Shown: positions 38,486 through 51,102 of the stretch, in pieces
How positions within the stretch are numbered: the first letter of the stretch is position 1
Layout of the letters: the number at the start of each line of letters is the position of its first letter
From: Vicugna vicugna
Lineage: Eukaryota
DNA length: 64,000 nt
Direction: 5' to 3'
Assembly: GCA_013265495.1 (NCBI GenBank)
Contig: MU058065.1
Coordinates: 7,192,302 to 7,256,301, forward strand
Position numbers and translations under genes: made by a program
The notes under the pieces: generated by a model
Database searches by the model: none
What the model was told of the DNA's origin: nothing
What the model saw: only the letters and a program-made list of their open reading frames with translations

Positions 38486-40280
38486 TAGCTGTGGTGAGAC
38501 GATGAAGCTCAGGAGGAACAATGCTTAGACCGCTAGTGGAAGGGCTTCCAACCTAAGCCGAGTTGGAAGGCAGGAGGCTGGGGAATTATCACGTTGCATC
38601 CCCCAGCAAAGTGTAAGAATGGGTGAGGGCCTTATGCATCTGAATTGTGTGGGGGCAGACCTGGTTCAATGAAGCAGGGGTACATCTGTGCCTGGGGGGC
38701 CCCCCTCCCTTACAGTCTGAGTCTTAAGGAGTCAAATGTAGCTTAAGCAGAAGCTGAGTTCTGAAGGTCTAGCCTGAGTAGGTTGTCTTGGCCAATCTCC
38801 CAAAAAGCCAGTCCTTCTAGGTTCTGAGAATTTGTTGCCTAATCTCTGCTTACAGGACTCCAAGCGGCTGGAGTCTGCATGAAAGGGGCCTTTGTCTGAT
38901 ATGGGAATGGCTTTGGGGGCTAATCTCTCTTTGGATGCATTTTAATTCACTTTAATGACTCTGCCTCCTGTCAGGCTTTTCTTTGGTGTGGGGGGGTTGT
39001 TAAAGAGATTAGAAGCAGTGAACATGAGCCCCCAAATCTAGCCTTCCTCAGAGGGTGCTGTCCTCAGGAAAACAGTGTTCTGCAAAATGTATTAAGATGC
39101 TCTGGCAGTGAGTGGGGAGGGAGCAGAGTGGAGAATAGGAAAATTCTCTCTCTAATAAACGCATGCACGTATAAACACCCTGCACGTCCTTACACCAGGC
39201 ACATGCACCAGCCCGCTGCTGCAACTTTCACTGGCCCCCATCTCCTGCCGACAGTGGTGGGAGTTGAAACAGACAAGACAGAATGATGTCATCCCTGGGA
39301 CACTGTCCTTTCTCTCCCTCTCTCCCTCTCCTCTAGTTTTGTATAAACACAGCTGTTTGTGAGGAATGCTGGCTTGGGAAAACATAAACCATCCGCATTA
39401 ACGACCTTTCCTCCCCGCCACACACCCCCTTCCTACTGAATGTGGGAGACTGGAATGCTTTCAGCCCGGCAGCCCCATTGTCCTCATGTCTGCAACACCA
39501 GGTTTTTCAGCTTTCTGGTTGGGGCCTGGGGTGCCCTGGCTCAGGGACCGTGCAAAGCCCTGCAGGCCAGACAGGAGCTCTGGTTGCAGGTGACACCTGA
39601 GACCACCTGTAGAAGATTCCTGGAGGAACACAGAGAGAGGAGGGGCTGGGGGATGCCAAGTGGGGCTTGGCTGGGTGGAGGGAGTCCACAGTAGATGCAG
39701 GCTGTCGCTGACCTGCGTGCTTTGTCTACAAAGCTGGCTTGTGCCAGCCTCTGGGGAACCAAGGGGAACAAAATGGCAATGGTGGGCTTTGGCCCCCAGC
39801 CATAGGGTGAAGCTATTGGGGAGGGGTGTTGGGGCAACTCATCCGCCTTTCCGGTGCTTTCACAGTCACGATCTAGGACCAAAAGCCTTTTATCCTTTCA
39901 AGGAGTAGAGAAGGGGGCAGCTAAAGGGAGAAATCAAGCCTGAGTTCACACAGTCCTGCTTCTTTTGAAATCTGCTGGTACTGCGGCCCACAGCATATTA
40001 TTGGTGGTGTTTCTCCACTTCCAGATGGTGACCTCTGGGCCTTGGGGGTTAGGATGGTTTTTATTCTAGCTACTGAACTTGGCATTTTGACTGAGAACAT
40101 GCTGTCTTCCTGGCCCCCTGCCCCATTTCGGTCTGCTGAACCTCGCTCAGTGCCCCACTCTCCTGTGTGGGTTTTGTGGCCACAGCTGCAAAGGAGGAGA
40201 AGAAAGAAGGCTCCCTGAGCCTCTCTTTCTAAGGGCCAGGCACCCTAGAATGTGGCCCAGGACAGCAGTCATTGTGGAAC

Positions 40281-40892
40281 TGAGACAGGAGGCAAAGGGG
40301 CAGGGCACAACCATTAAAAGAGTGACATAACAATTTGCATCAAGATGGCAGAAAATTCAACTCCCAGTAGAACTTGAGGCCCAAGATGGCGGGTCCAGTA
40401 GACCTTGAGACAGGTGCCATGACGGTTCTGAGGCTAACCGTAGAAGGTAAAAAAGTTAAAAAGGTGAAAAATGGTAAAAGAGTGGGTGATGGCCCAGTTC
40501 CTGGGAATCCCAGCCCCCTCCCCAAAGCAGCTGGAATAATCCTCCCACTTGTTAGCATATGAGGCTGCTGAGCCCATAAAAATAACAACCCCTACACCTC
40601 TCTCCATTATGACTGAGACGGCCCGCACTCTGCCTATGGAGTGTGTAACTACTTTTACTTTAACTAAACACCACCCCCAGGCCTGGTGGCCTCTCTTGGC
40701 CTTCTAAGATGGCCTACACTTGGTCTACGGGGTATGGCTCTCTTTAAATAAATCTACTTTTACTCAACTATGTCTCGCTCTTGAATTCTTTCCTGTGCAA
40801 ACCAAGGACCCTCACATGGCAGGGCATGTCCCAGGGACCCACCTGAGATCTGGAACGTGGCCATCCTCTTGTGTCCCATTTTTCCTGTATCA
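40281..40892 (+). mobile_element. ERV1-like solo LTR (612 bp)
   Basis: Termini TGAGACAGGA...TCCTGTATCA form a 9/10 inverted match. 4 bp TSD GAAC/GAAT, CATAAAAA TATA-like at 40576, and AATAAA at 40747 followed by CTCGCTCTTGAATTCTTTCCTG, typical of ERV1 U5. Confidence 0.88.
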
Positions 40893-41689
40893 GAATGCTT
40901 GGGATTCAGTGCTACAGAAACAGGGGTGAGTGGTGAGCCAGTGGTCTTCTTGGTCCCCTCCAGGGTTTCCATGGGGAGAGAAGACAAGTCTTTACCCATT
41001 TTTCCATGTTAAGTAGAAATCTCAAAGCCCATGCTCTTGGAGACGCTAAAGGAACATTTGGCTCCCAGTTGTCTCTCTTGCCTGCAGTTTGCCAAGACAA
41101 ATGTAGATCCACATCCTTGCATTTACTAGGTGCCTGCTGTGTGTCAGGTGGAATGCTAGATGCTTTGCATCTGTTCCAGTTTTATCCTTGCAAAACCACG
41201 TTGTTATTAAACAGTGCTATTTTATAATGAGCGATAAAGAAACGGAGATAAAGGCAGTTTAAGAAACACTACCCAATGATAGTTAGTGGTGGGGCCAAGA
41301 TACACAGCAGCTCAAATTTCAATGTCCGCGCATTCCAGGAATTCTGAAGGAGGTAGAAGGGATGAGAATGATTAGAACAAACTTGATAGAGATGGCAATT
41401 GCCTATATGAGGTGATTTGAAGGATAAAATTAACATCCCTCATCTCCCTAATCATTCCCTTTATAGCCTGAAACCCTACACTACAGAGCCATTCCTTTGA
41501 GTTAAACAAAACTTTGTTTTTGAATGGAAATATTTCTGGAAGGGGAAGTCATTTAGCCATTAAAATGCTCTATTTAAAAAAAAAAAAACAAAAAACCTCT
41601 CGTTTTCTTTTAAAATGTTTTACTTTAAATTAACTATGTTCCTTGTAAAGTAATCCTTAGCAGAAAGTAGTTTGTATCAGAATGTCTGG

Positions 41690-41990
41690 GAGGAGACTTC
41701 TTAAGGGAGTTGAAAAGTGTTAATCTTTGACTTTTACTATTATAAGCACGTTTTAAGTAATTCCTTGAAACTGATAAAATCTGTTAAGAGGAAAGAATTT
41801 CTCTCTCTCTTTTTTTTTTTTAAGTAGTAAAATATTTCACCCTTCTGATCTGAAAAAAAGATAGACTTGGGTGTTAACTTTCAGAGATATACCTACAAAA
41901 CTGACATCTCTTGAGACTCTGCTTCAAAGAAGGAAAAACGAGGAATGTGAAAGACAGTTTGAAAGCTTCAAATATTATAAGGTGAGAATG
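41690..41990 (+). other. Unique sequence containing a candidate exon (41885-41981)
   Basis: AACTTTCAG| acceptor-like site, AAG|GTGAGA donor-like site, and one stop-free frame. No recognised homology. Confidence 0.25.
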
Positions 41991-42184
41991 TATTTGTTAA
42001 AACACTTGGAAAAACTCTAGAGTTAAATGAATAGACGTTATTATTATTATTCCTCTTAGAAATTACGTCAACAACAAAGGAGTGAGAGGAATAATGACCC
42101 GAGGAAGTATTCCTCATGACTTTTGTGCAGATCACTGCACCTTATGTTGTCATTAAGGGCAACATGGATGCAGAGTTTTCGGGT

Positions 42185-42425
42185 TAAATACATTTGGAAA
42201 ACACCGGGTTAGACAAAGTTAAACATGTTTCTTTATCAGAGGAGCTATCAAAGCTTTCAATGTATCATTGTGCATGGTAATTCTCCCAGAGGGTGTATAG
42301 GATAGTATAGAGGGTTTTTAAAACTCATTTGACCAATACAGATTTTTCTTTTTGTGGGGGGTGGGGTGGGTGGAAGGACTAGCTTTTCATAAGACCAACA
42401 TTCTGTGGGACAGAGTTTGAGAAAC
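42185..42425. mobile_element. hAT-Charlie (MER113-like) fragment
   Basis: TTTGGAAAACACCGGGTTAGACAAAGTTAAACATGTTTCTTTA...AAACTCATTTGACC. Confidence 0.55.
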
Positions 42426-42499
42426 ATATCCGGAAACAAGTCAATCCACAATATGATATGGCAGTTCAGATGATCTGATTTTAATGTTTGCTTCACCGC

Positions 42500-42692
42500 T
42501 TGAAAGAGAGGTAAGCTTGGGCAACTTCTCCACGTCTCAGTTTCTTCCATCTGTAAAACGGGAGGCATGACATTACCTGTTTAGTCATGAGGATTAAATC
42601 AAGAGTGCCTGTAAAATGATTATAAATCAATCAAAAATGTTAAAAGAAAGAGTGCCCGCCTTATAGTAAGAGCTCAATAAATATTAGCTACT
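42500..42692 (+). mobile_element. MIR SINE
   Basis: TTGGGCAACTT...CTCAGTTTCTTCCATCTGTAAAACGGG...GCTCAATAAATATTAGCTA. Confidence 0.75.
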
Positions 42693-45559
42693 GTTGAGAT
42701 TACTTTTGACATTTTGTCCAGGCCTCTTATGCTCATACTGAGCTCCAGAAGAAAGGGAAAGATACACCATGCATTCTTCTATCTTCATGCATGTCTTTTC
42801 CTCCACTTAGAATGCCCTGTCCACCCCCATCTCTGCCTGCACAAACAGCAGCAAGATATATCTCAACGGCACCTGTCCCATGAGAACTTCTGGGATTCTC
42901 CCAACTTCCCCTTCTCTAAATCCTTTATTTTCCCCGATAGGTTTCTTAGACTTGTTAACATTTGGCTTTGTATTTTTGTGTAATTTACCTTAATCTAGGA
43001 AAGATGCCTTATTTATCTTTGATTTCCTGGTAGACTGCCTTCATCGTCTGGATCTCCGCTAAAGGTGGGCTGAACTGTTACATCTCAGAGCCCTCTACTG
43101 AGATGCAAACACCCTTTAGTGAGATTGTCCCTTCAAGTCCTTACCTTTACATGCATTACCAAACTTTTTATAATTTGGCAAGGACTGGTGAAAATGGGCC
43201 TTTGGCTAGACTAGGCCTAAAAATAGGAGAGGAAGCCAGGAAGAAAGAAGAGGATTAAGTTTGTATTATGTGTCTCAGTTTCTTTGCTCCTCAGGAACAT
43301 TCCTGAGAAACATGAAAAACTTATTCTTTCCCATTTTCCATATCCATGTCTACCATGTATCTGGATTTTTGTTTGATTATTGTATAGTTAGAAGAAAATC
43401 AGACAATCACTGCCTACTATTACAATTTTATTAGAATGACTATTAAGTCCCCTGTAGTCTCTGAGACATTTTCTAGCTGCTGCCACCTCTCTCAGGGCTC
43501 CATGTACCACTGTTAGCAATGTTTTCACCATTAGTAAGTCTGTCCCCTTGTTCTGGGCTTTGTGAGATCCATCCTGGTACCCCCTGGGACGAAATAGGTA
43601 CTCAGCACATGATTACTGGGGGAGTGAGAAAATATCCTGTATGGTGCTTTTAAGCAGAGGCCCAGAAATAACCTCCCTGTGTCTGAAATCTGAACCCCGT
43701 TAGCAACCCCCTTTCCCTGACCCTGACTTGAACTTTAATCTGCTAAGCTGAAAAGAGAGAAAGGCATAGAATAGGAAGAGGAGTGGAGGTTTTCTTAGCC
43801 TCGTGGGCCACCGCCTCTCTCTGGCCCATACATTCCAAGGCAGATCAGGAGCCAGGTGGAGCTGGGTGGCGTGCACCGTGATCCCTGATGGGGGCAGAAA
43901 GGCCTGCCTAGATAGCCCACGGGGGTGTGCGGGGCCTGCTGTGACCCGCAGCTGAACTGCTGAGGTCCTGTCTTAATACCTGCACAGCTGCTCCAGGGGC
44001 GGGAGACCTGGGGGAGGAAAGCCCCTTGTGAAAGGCACACCCCCCAGAATGCCGGCCGGGGCTGCTGTTTGCAGGAGGGGCTGTTTTCTGAAGGGCTGGG
44101 TTGTCTTTCCCAACAGGGAAGACCTGTGGAAAGAGGCCCTGAACGTCCCTGAGAATGCGGAGATTGGAGTGAAAACATGGAGGAAAGGCCAGGAATGGCA
44201 GTCACCCCTTTTCCACGCTCCCTGGAGGCAGAGAGAGAGAGAGAGAGAAGGAACTTTTTTCATACTATTTAAATGTGAAGATGAGACATAAATGACTACA
44301 CTTCATTCCCCACATGTACTCATCTCCTTCAACTCTTGAGTAGAGCCTGGGAGACAGGTAGAGCTCCATGGAACAGCTGAGGACACCGAGGCCAGAGAGA
44401 AGGTATTTGGCTCACATCGTAAATTCCAGGAGTCTCATAAATTCCTTTCTAGGAGATGTTATAACCAAGAATATGTGGTCTGGAGTGACTTGGATGATTC
44501 TCTATTTTAACCTTGTTGTTTTTCAGATAAAGCATCTCGGTGCTGTCACAGCTTGTCCCAAGGGAATGGAAAAATATTTGGGGGATAGAGTCCTTGCCAG
44601 GGAGAGGGTGGGGACAAGGTCAGGTGTCCAAGAAAAGTGATTGCCTCATGCATCCTTGGTGAAGAAGAGGAGGTTTGTATAAGCCTCTCAGTTTCCATCA
44701 TGCAACTTTGTTGGATCTCTCATTTCCTGCAAGATTGCCTTCTATGTTACCCAGGGGCCCCTGGCTGAGATGTTTAGTGATGGGAGAGGGAAGCAGGAGT
44801 TGCATACAGTGCAATTTGATGGGATCCTCCCACTTAGGGGGCTCCCATTCTCAGAATCTTGTCTAGTCTGTACCTGGCAGAAGTTCTCAGGGGAGGAGCA
44901 GAAGTAACTTGCTGTATTCTAGCACCATCTTGGGCCCTGGAATGCAATGCATGGAGTTCCAAAGGCCAAAAGGACTGGCAGAGGACACACAGTAAGGACT
45001 GAACCCTTGGCCCATTCTGCAATTTTGGCGTCACCAGGCTGTGGGCTGAGGCAGAAGGGTAATGCGCTTCTCTCTTAAAGAATTTTCTTGTGTCTCAGAG
45101 ACTGGCCATCCCATAGAGCGAAACCCTGCCTGTTCAGGTGGCGGCTCTATCAGGACTACTTTTCATCCCCACCCTTCCTTCCACATATGACCCTGCTCTT
45201 GGTTGAGACAGTCAGGGGAACAGAGAGAGGGTGAGTAGAATAGAAACGGATGAAGTTTTAGAAATGACCAATGATTTATTAAGTGGACTATAAAGGTCAG
45301 TTGGACAAATATCTAGATGAAAGCTGAGGACTAGGGACGATGTTTGCCAGGCGCTTCAGAGGTTATAATGAGTGATGCACTAGGTCAAATGGCAGTTCCT
45401 AGGGTTTGTTTCAGAGATGCAAAGGAACGTGGAGTAGTGTGGAATGTGGCCTCAGCAGCAACACGGTGCATGGGACCATGTACTTCCCGGGCCGTGAGGG
45501 ATGGCACTAGAGTGATGTGTCAACCTCATTTAGAGTATACCATGATTTCCAGGACTTCT

Positions 45560-46155
45560 TCTATATGCATTTTAACTAATGGACGTCATCCATTAGTTAG
45601 GTGTTTTCTGGAAAGAAACAGTCTCACACTTGTTCAAGTAATAGAGAGATATACAGTTTTACAGGGAAAGTCTAGAGGTAGAATGGACTCAAGGCAAAGT
45701 CTGTTCATCTGGATCCATTTCTCTGTGATTGGCTCAGCTCCTTTCCCCTCTAAGGGTTGGTCTTAGCTCAGGCCATCTTCCCTCATACTTTCAAGATGGT
45801 TGCCGGCTGCAGCTGGGGCAATATGCTTTCTTATTTTACATACAGGCAGACGAGGAAAGCATGGAAAAAAATCCTTCCCCAGCATGGAATAAAATTCTTC
45901 TTGTCTACCTAATTGGCCAACTTAAATCATGTGCCCATTTTTGAACAAATAATAGTTGTTAGGGGACTACCATGCAAACCTGAGTTCTTGAACCAAACAC
46001 CAAGGCTGCCATGATTGGGTTAATGTATTCAAAACCCACATCTGAAGGAACATAGGACAAGTGAGGAAGGGTGGACGCCTGAAAAAAACTGGAGACTCCT
46101 AGGAAGGAAAAATGGGTGAGAAATGCTGGACAGATACCCCAGCAAGTTCACCATG
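45560..46155. mobile_element. Old MLT1 (MaLR) LTR
   Basis: AATTGGCCAACTTAAATCATGTGCCCATTTTTGAAC-type motif. Confidence 0.5.
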
Positions 46156-47684
46156 CCTACCATTTAAGCATCCCAAAGAGAACTTCCAATATCTGTGTGC
46201 TCTCTGGGTAGATTTCATACTGTTCCACCTCTGAGATCATGGGTCTTCCCCATACTCAGCTGGTGTGTGGTTGCCTTAGACTCCTCTCTCCTTCCTGGCC
46301 AGAAAAGTTGTGACACGGTGGCGGGGTTGATTTTGCTCAACACTTGAGAGGATAAGCTATAGCAATTTTTGCCGGAAATGACTGAATGAAGCCATTTTCC
46401 TCCAAAGGGAGCCATATAACTAACTGGCAGGCTACTAAAAGCTTTATGGTGGGTATAGTTCAGAAAAGTTAAGTCCTTTGACAAGGTCATGTACTGCTGA
46501 GTGTCAGAGCCTGCATTAGAAACAGGTCTTGTGGCCCATCTTCCAGCACTCTTTCCATAACACCAGGCAGATTGTCAGTGTGATAGGAATGATATCAATC
46601 CTTTGGTAGTAAGGGTATGTGCGAAGAATGCAAATTTTGACCTTGGGCAAGTTCCTTAACTTCTCTAGTCCTCAGTTTATTGACTACTATAATAAAGGGA
46701 TCTTAGTAGATAATATTGAAAGTATCCTCCAATTCTAAGAATCTGTGAATAGCTTTAGGTCATGGTTTTCTTCCAAGAACCTGACAACACTTGTTCTATT
46801 AGATCATTTAAGTGCAGATTATTTGTTTAAATAGTTTCCCAGGAGTGACCCAGAACATCCTACATAATAAACCAGTTGTTAAATCATAAACAATATGGAC
46901 AGGATTCATCATTATTTTTCCCAAGTGAAGATCCCTGGGGCCTTCTGGTTACTCGGACACTCTGGCTAATGGAGTGTTGTCAGGGATTCCCTATGTGGGT
47001 GACCACCTTTCCAAGAAGTAGAAAACAACAGACTGTAACAAACACCAGAGCGCTACTGGAAAAAAAGGTGCTTTTTTTTTGTTTTTGATGAAATAGAACT
47101 GTGAAGAATCAAAGAACTTTGTGTTCTTTCAACTCCCTTCTTATCTTGGTGTTCTTGTTACCCACCCACAACCTGTTACCGTCAAATTCTCAGCATGGGC
47201 CACTAATCCCCACTTAGCTAGATATCTCAGGCTACAGGTGAGGGTACACAGACTAGCTCTATGAGGTTTAGAGTGTTAGGTTTCCTGGAGTATGTGTAGG
47301 CAATCTTATAGCCTCCAGACCCCAAAAAATATATAGCTAATGGTAGCATTTTTGGTCCTATGATGGTCCAGCCTAAGAGATATTATGGAGACGGGAAGGT
47401 CTTCTTAGAGTATGTCAAAGCATAGAATTTATTTTGTTTCCTAGGAGGGATAACAAAGCCCCAGAGTTTCAGGCTGCCTTCAGAGTATTGGTTGGCACTA
47501 TAAGGGGGCATGAAGGAGAGGAAGAGGAAGGGATTACCTGAATTTCGGGTAATTTATGTTCAGTGCTCCCTGTTAATCCCCTCAATGGCTCTATGTCATC
47601 CAATGAAGAGAAGATAAATAACTTGCATATACATAATGTTAAGAAGAGAAAAATTCAGATCAATAGGTAGAGTATGATATTATT

Positions 47685-48090
47685 TGTATTAGGATATTCC
47701 AGGCTTTTCTTCAGTAACATATGTAACATCAAACCTCTGAGACTTAATACTACCAATATTTATTTCTTGCTCATGTCACAGTCCAGTGTGGGTCACTTGC
47801 CTCTCGGGTGTGGCTTTCTTCCAAGTAGTGACCTGGAACTGCTACCCATAATCTCAGAATCCTTTACTTCTAACCATGGGGATGAAAAACAGGCAACATG
47901 AAGAAAACGTTCTCAGTCATAACTGCCTTGGACCAGAAGTGACATGTGACTTCTGCTCACACTCTCATTGGCCATAACTCAGTCACATGTTCACAACCTA
48001 CCTGCAAAAGAGGCTGGGAAATATTTTATCGCTGCATGCCCAGGATTAAGTAATGATGTGGTGAATACATTGTATGATATGATTTCTGCT
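47685..48090. mobile_element. Old MLT1 (MaLR) LTR
   Basis: TTTATTTCTTGCTCATGTCACAGTCC and CCAGAAGTGACATGTGACTTCTGCTCACA...CATTGGCCA. Confidence 0.65.
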
Positions 48091-50930
48091 ACATCATTTA
48101 TATAAGAAAGAAAATGAAACTACCTATGTGTGTGTATATATATATTTATACAAATACCAAGAAAAAAGTCCTGAAGGATACACACTACATTTACCTCTAG
48201 GGAAGGAAATGGGATTCAGATGGTAAGAAAAGGTAGGACTAATGGGATCTTTCTGGATTTATTCTGTTTTTTTCTTTTTGTATTAAGTCAAGACTTTTTT
48301 TTTTAACTGTGGGTTTATTAAACAAAAACCTGTTTTATTAAACAAAAAGTTGCCTCCACCAAAACACATAATAACTCATCAATGGTTTCACAGCAAGAGA
48401 AATCTGCCAGACTCCAAAACTCCTGCTGTTTCATTCTTTAAATCTATTCATTGTTTCCTCCCACAATCTCTGCTTTTTAGTCTGCTGGTGCTGGTGACTC
48501 AGATTATTTAGTGTTTGCCTTTTGGAAAGGAAGAGTGGAGGGTTCACTTTTCTCACACAGAGGTGCTGGGAAGGCTCTTGGGATCAGAATCAGTCCCTTT
48601 TTTCTCTAGCCCAGAGCTCTAAAGTTCAAAGGGAGAGCTGCTTAAGCTATGGCTGGATCCAGACACTCAAACAAAGGCATTGAGAGTCTGTCTCTGTCAC
48701 TTTGTTCTACTCTGCACTGGCTTCATCCTCAGGGAGGCTCCTCTTTGTGATGGCAACATGGACAAAATTCTCAGCTTGGGTAATAGCAGCCAAGTGTCCC
48801 CACTGGCAAGTATCTTTTTGTATAGATTTCATCCAGAAACTCTTGTCCCAGGTCTCTTTGGCTTGTTTTGGGTCAATGCGCCATCACCAAGAATTTGATT
48901 GACTAGGTCTGAGTCATGGAGTTAGGGAGGGCAGTGGAGTCAGGCATAGGACCCAAACACAGGGCTGAGCATGTGGGGGAGGGGAGCGTGGTTTTCCAAA
49001 TTGCATTTACAAATTGGGACAGGACTGTTTATCCCACTGTGTCAGGCCAGTGAGAAGGACAGCGCCTATCAGGGAAGTCTTTCAGAACTTGTGGTATAAT
49101 CACAGGAGGGGAGACATGTGAGACTAGCTTGCTACTCTTCTAAGATGATGCCTTTCTGAGATGGGGGTCTTAGAAAAAGTGAGGGTCCCTCCATGTACAG
49201 GGTGATGTAGGTTGGGAGGGGCTGGAAGTTCCCGAGAATTCAGCTGGGATAGTGAGAGCTGTGTTGAATTTAGTTTAGGCTGTTTAGATGAAAACACTGC
49301 CTTGGTTTGAGTCAATTTTGCATTTACAGCTCAGGAAGGTGGCTGAGGGCCCAGCAGGAGCCAGGATCTGCAAATAAAGTCGCCATCCGGTGAAACCTGC
49401 CCTCGTGGCATCTTGATGGGAAAGCGTGGTGCTGTGGTCTCTCTGGGTCACTATGGGGCTCTGGATGTGCCAGTCCCTGCTGTCCGCTTTACCATAGCAT
49501 ATGCTGACCCACGCAGGCTGATAATATGCCCCAGCGGGTCTCCCAGATACCTATAGAGGCTGTCCTCCTTCCGAGCCCTCCTGGTAGCTTGCCGCCTGTC
49601 CCTGCACTCATTTCACAGTGCAAGGACCCTGGGATGTCACCCAAGACCCAACTTTGCTCTGTGGACACATGAAGACCTTCTCAGAGAGATCTGAGACCAC
49701 CCTGGCCCCCAGGCCTCACCTAGATGGGATGGTGGAGATGGGACAGCCCTTAACTTCTGGGGAGGAACTCAGTGACTCTTACCTCCTCCCAGTGAGAAGG
49801 TAAAAGGATCTATCAGACACCGTGATCCTGAGTCAAAACCCATGGCTGGTCACTGGGTGTGAGTCACAGTGCCAAAGGGGAGTGTTAACTTTATGAAGGT
49901 CACACGGTTATTGAGTTATTTGTTATTTTTGGCAGACTGAGGTGACTAGAATGCAGAACTTGGTTCCGTTTTGGTCACGTTTTCCTCTGTTACTCCACCT
50001 CCTTGATGACTTTCTCTGAGTGAAGTGACAGGGGAAACACCAGACAAGGACAGGAGGGCAAGATGAGCATGGGTGGGGCTGTGCCCATTTTGTAGGTTAA
50101 ATGCGCTTATCTTTTCGTGCTTCCAGAGCCCCTGGGGACCTGAGGGTTCTCCTGTTCTTTGTACTTTCTCCCACAGAGCTGCTAGGTGGAGTTACAGAGA
50201 AGGGGTGTCCCAGGTCACAAGTCATACCCCAGCCACAGAACTGAAGGAGGAGGGAGGGAGGTCGTGGTCAGGCAGACATTTTATTTTATACAACTCCAGA
50301 GGGCACGTCTCAGGCTCCTTGGGGGCAATTTCGGTTCAGTCAGTGGAGGGATGTTTATCAGCCAAGTGCGAGGACCAGCAGGGACTTCCTCCCTGGGCCT
50401 CGTCCACAGCTGCCTGGATTCATCTCCAGGATGCCGAGGGCACCGACGCCCTTCTCCCCTGAACTCTTTGTGCCACTTCTCCCTCTGCCCGCCTCCCCAA
50501 ATCCAGAGAAATATTCATTTCATGTTTACCCTCAGAGAAGACACAGATGAGGAGAAAGAAGCTTTGATGTTCTCCTGAGGGCCCTGAAGGGAGCATGCTT
50601 GTGAGTGGTAAGCTCAGAGAAAGGAGTTTTTCATCTGTTTTCTGTCATCTGCCCCATCAGAGTGAATACTGGGCAGGGAGAGCGAGCATGAGTGTGAGCA
50701 GGGAGCGGGCAGGCAGATGCTTGGCTTGTCCTGTACCTGGTTATCTTGTCCCCAGTCTAGAGTGGAGCCAAGAATGGACAAAGATACGAGCCCACTAGGT
50801 AAGAGAGACGGTGTGCAATTGAGTTCCTTGTGGCTGTGCTGGCCCCACAATTTAGGAGGGGCTGGTGCCATGGGATCCTGGACTGCTGGGTCCAGCAGGG
50901 AACTTGGAGAGCCATGAGCATCATGGTCTT

Positions 50931-51102
50931 GTTTTTTGTTTTTTAATTTTTTAAACATTTTTTATTGACTTATAGTCATTTTATGATGTTGTGTCAAATT
51001 CCAGTGTAGATTCAGTTATACATGAACATACATATATTCATTGTCACATTTTTTTTTCTCTGTGAGCTAACACAAGATTTTGTATATATTTCCCTGTGCT
51101 AT
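50931..51102 (-). mobile_element. Short 5'-truncated, lineage-specific L1 3' end with perfect 12 bp TSD
   Basis: TSD CATCATGGTCTT at 50919-50930 and 51103-51114; body similar to ~29700-29860. Confidence 0.92.
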
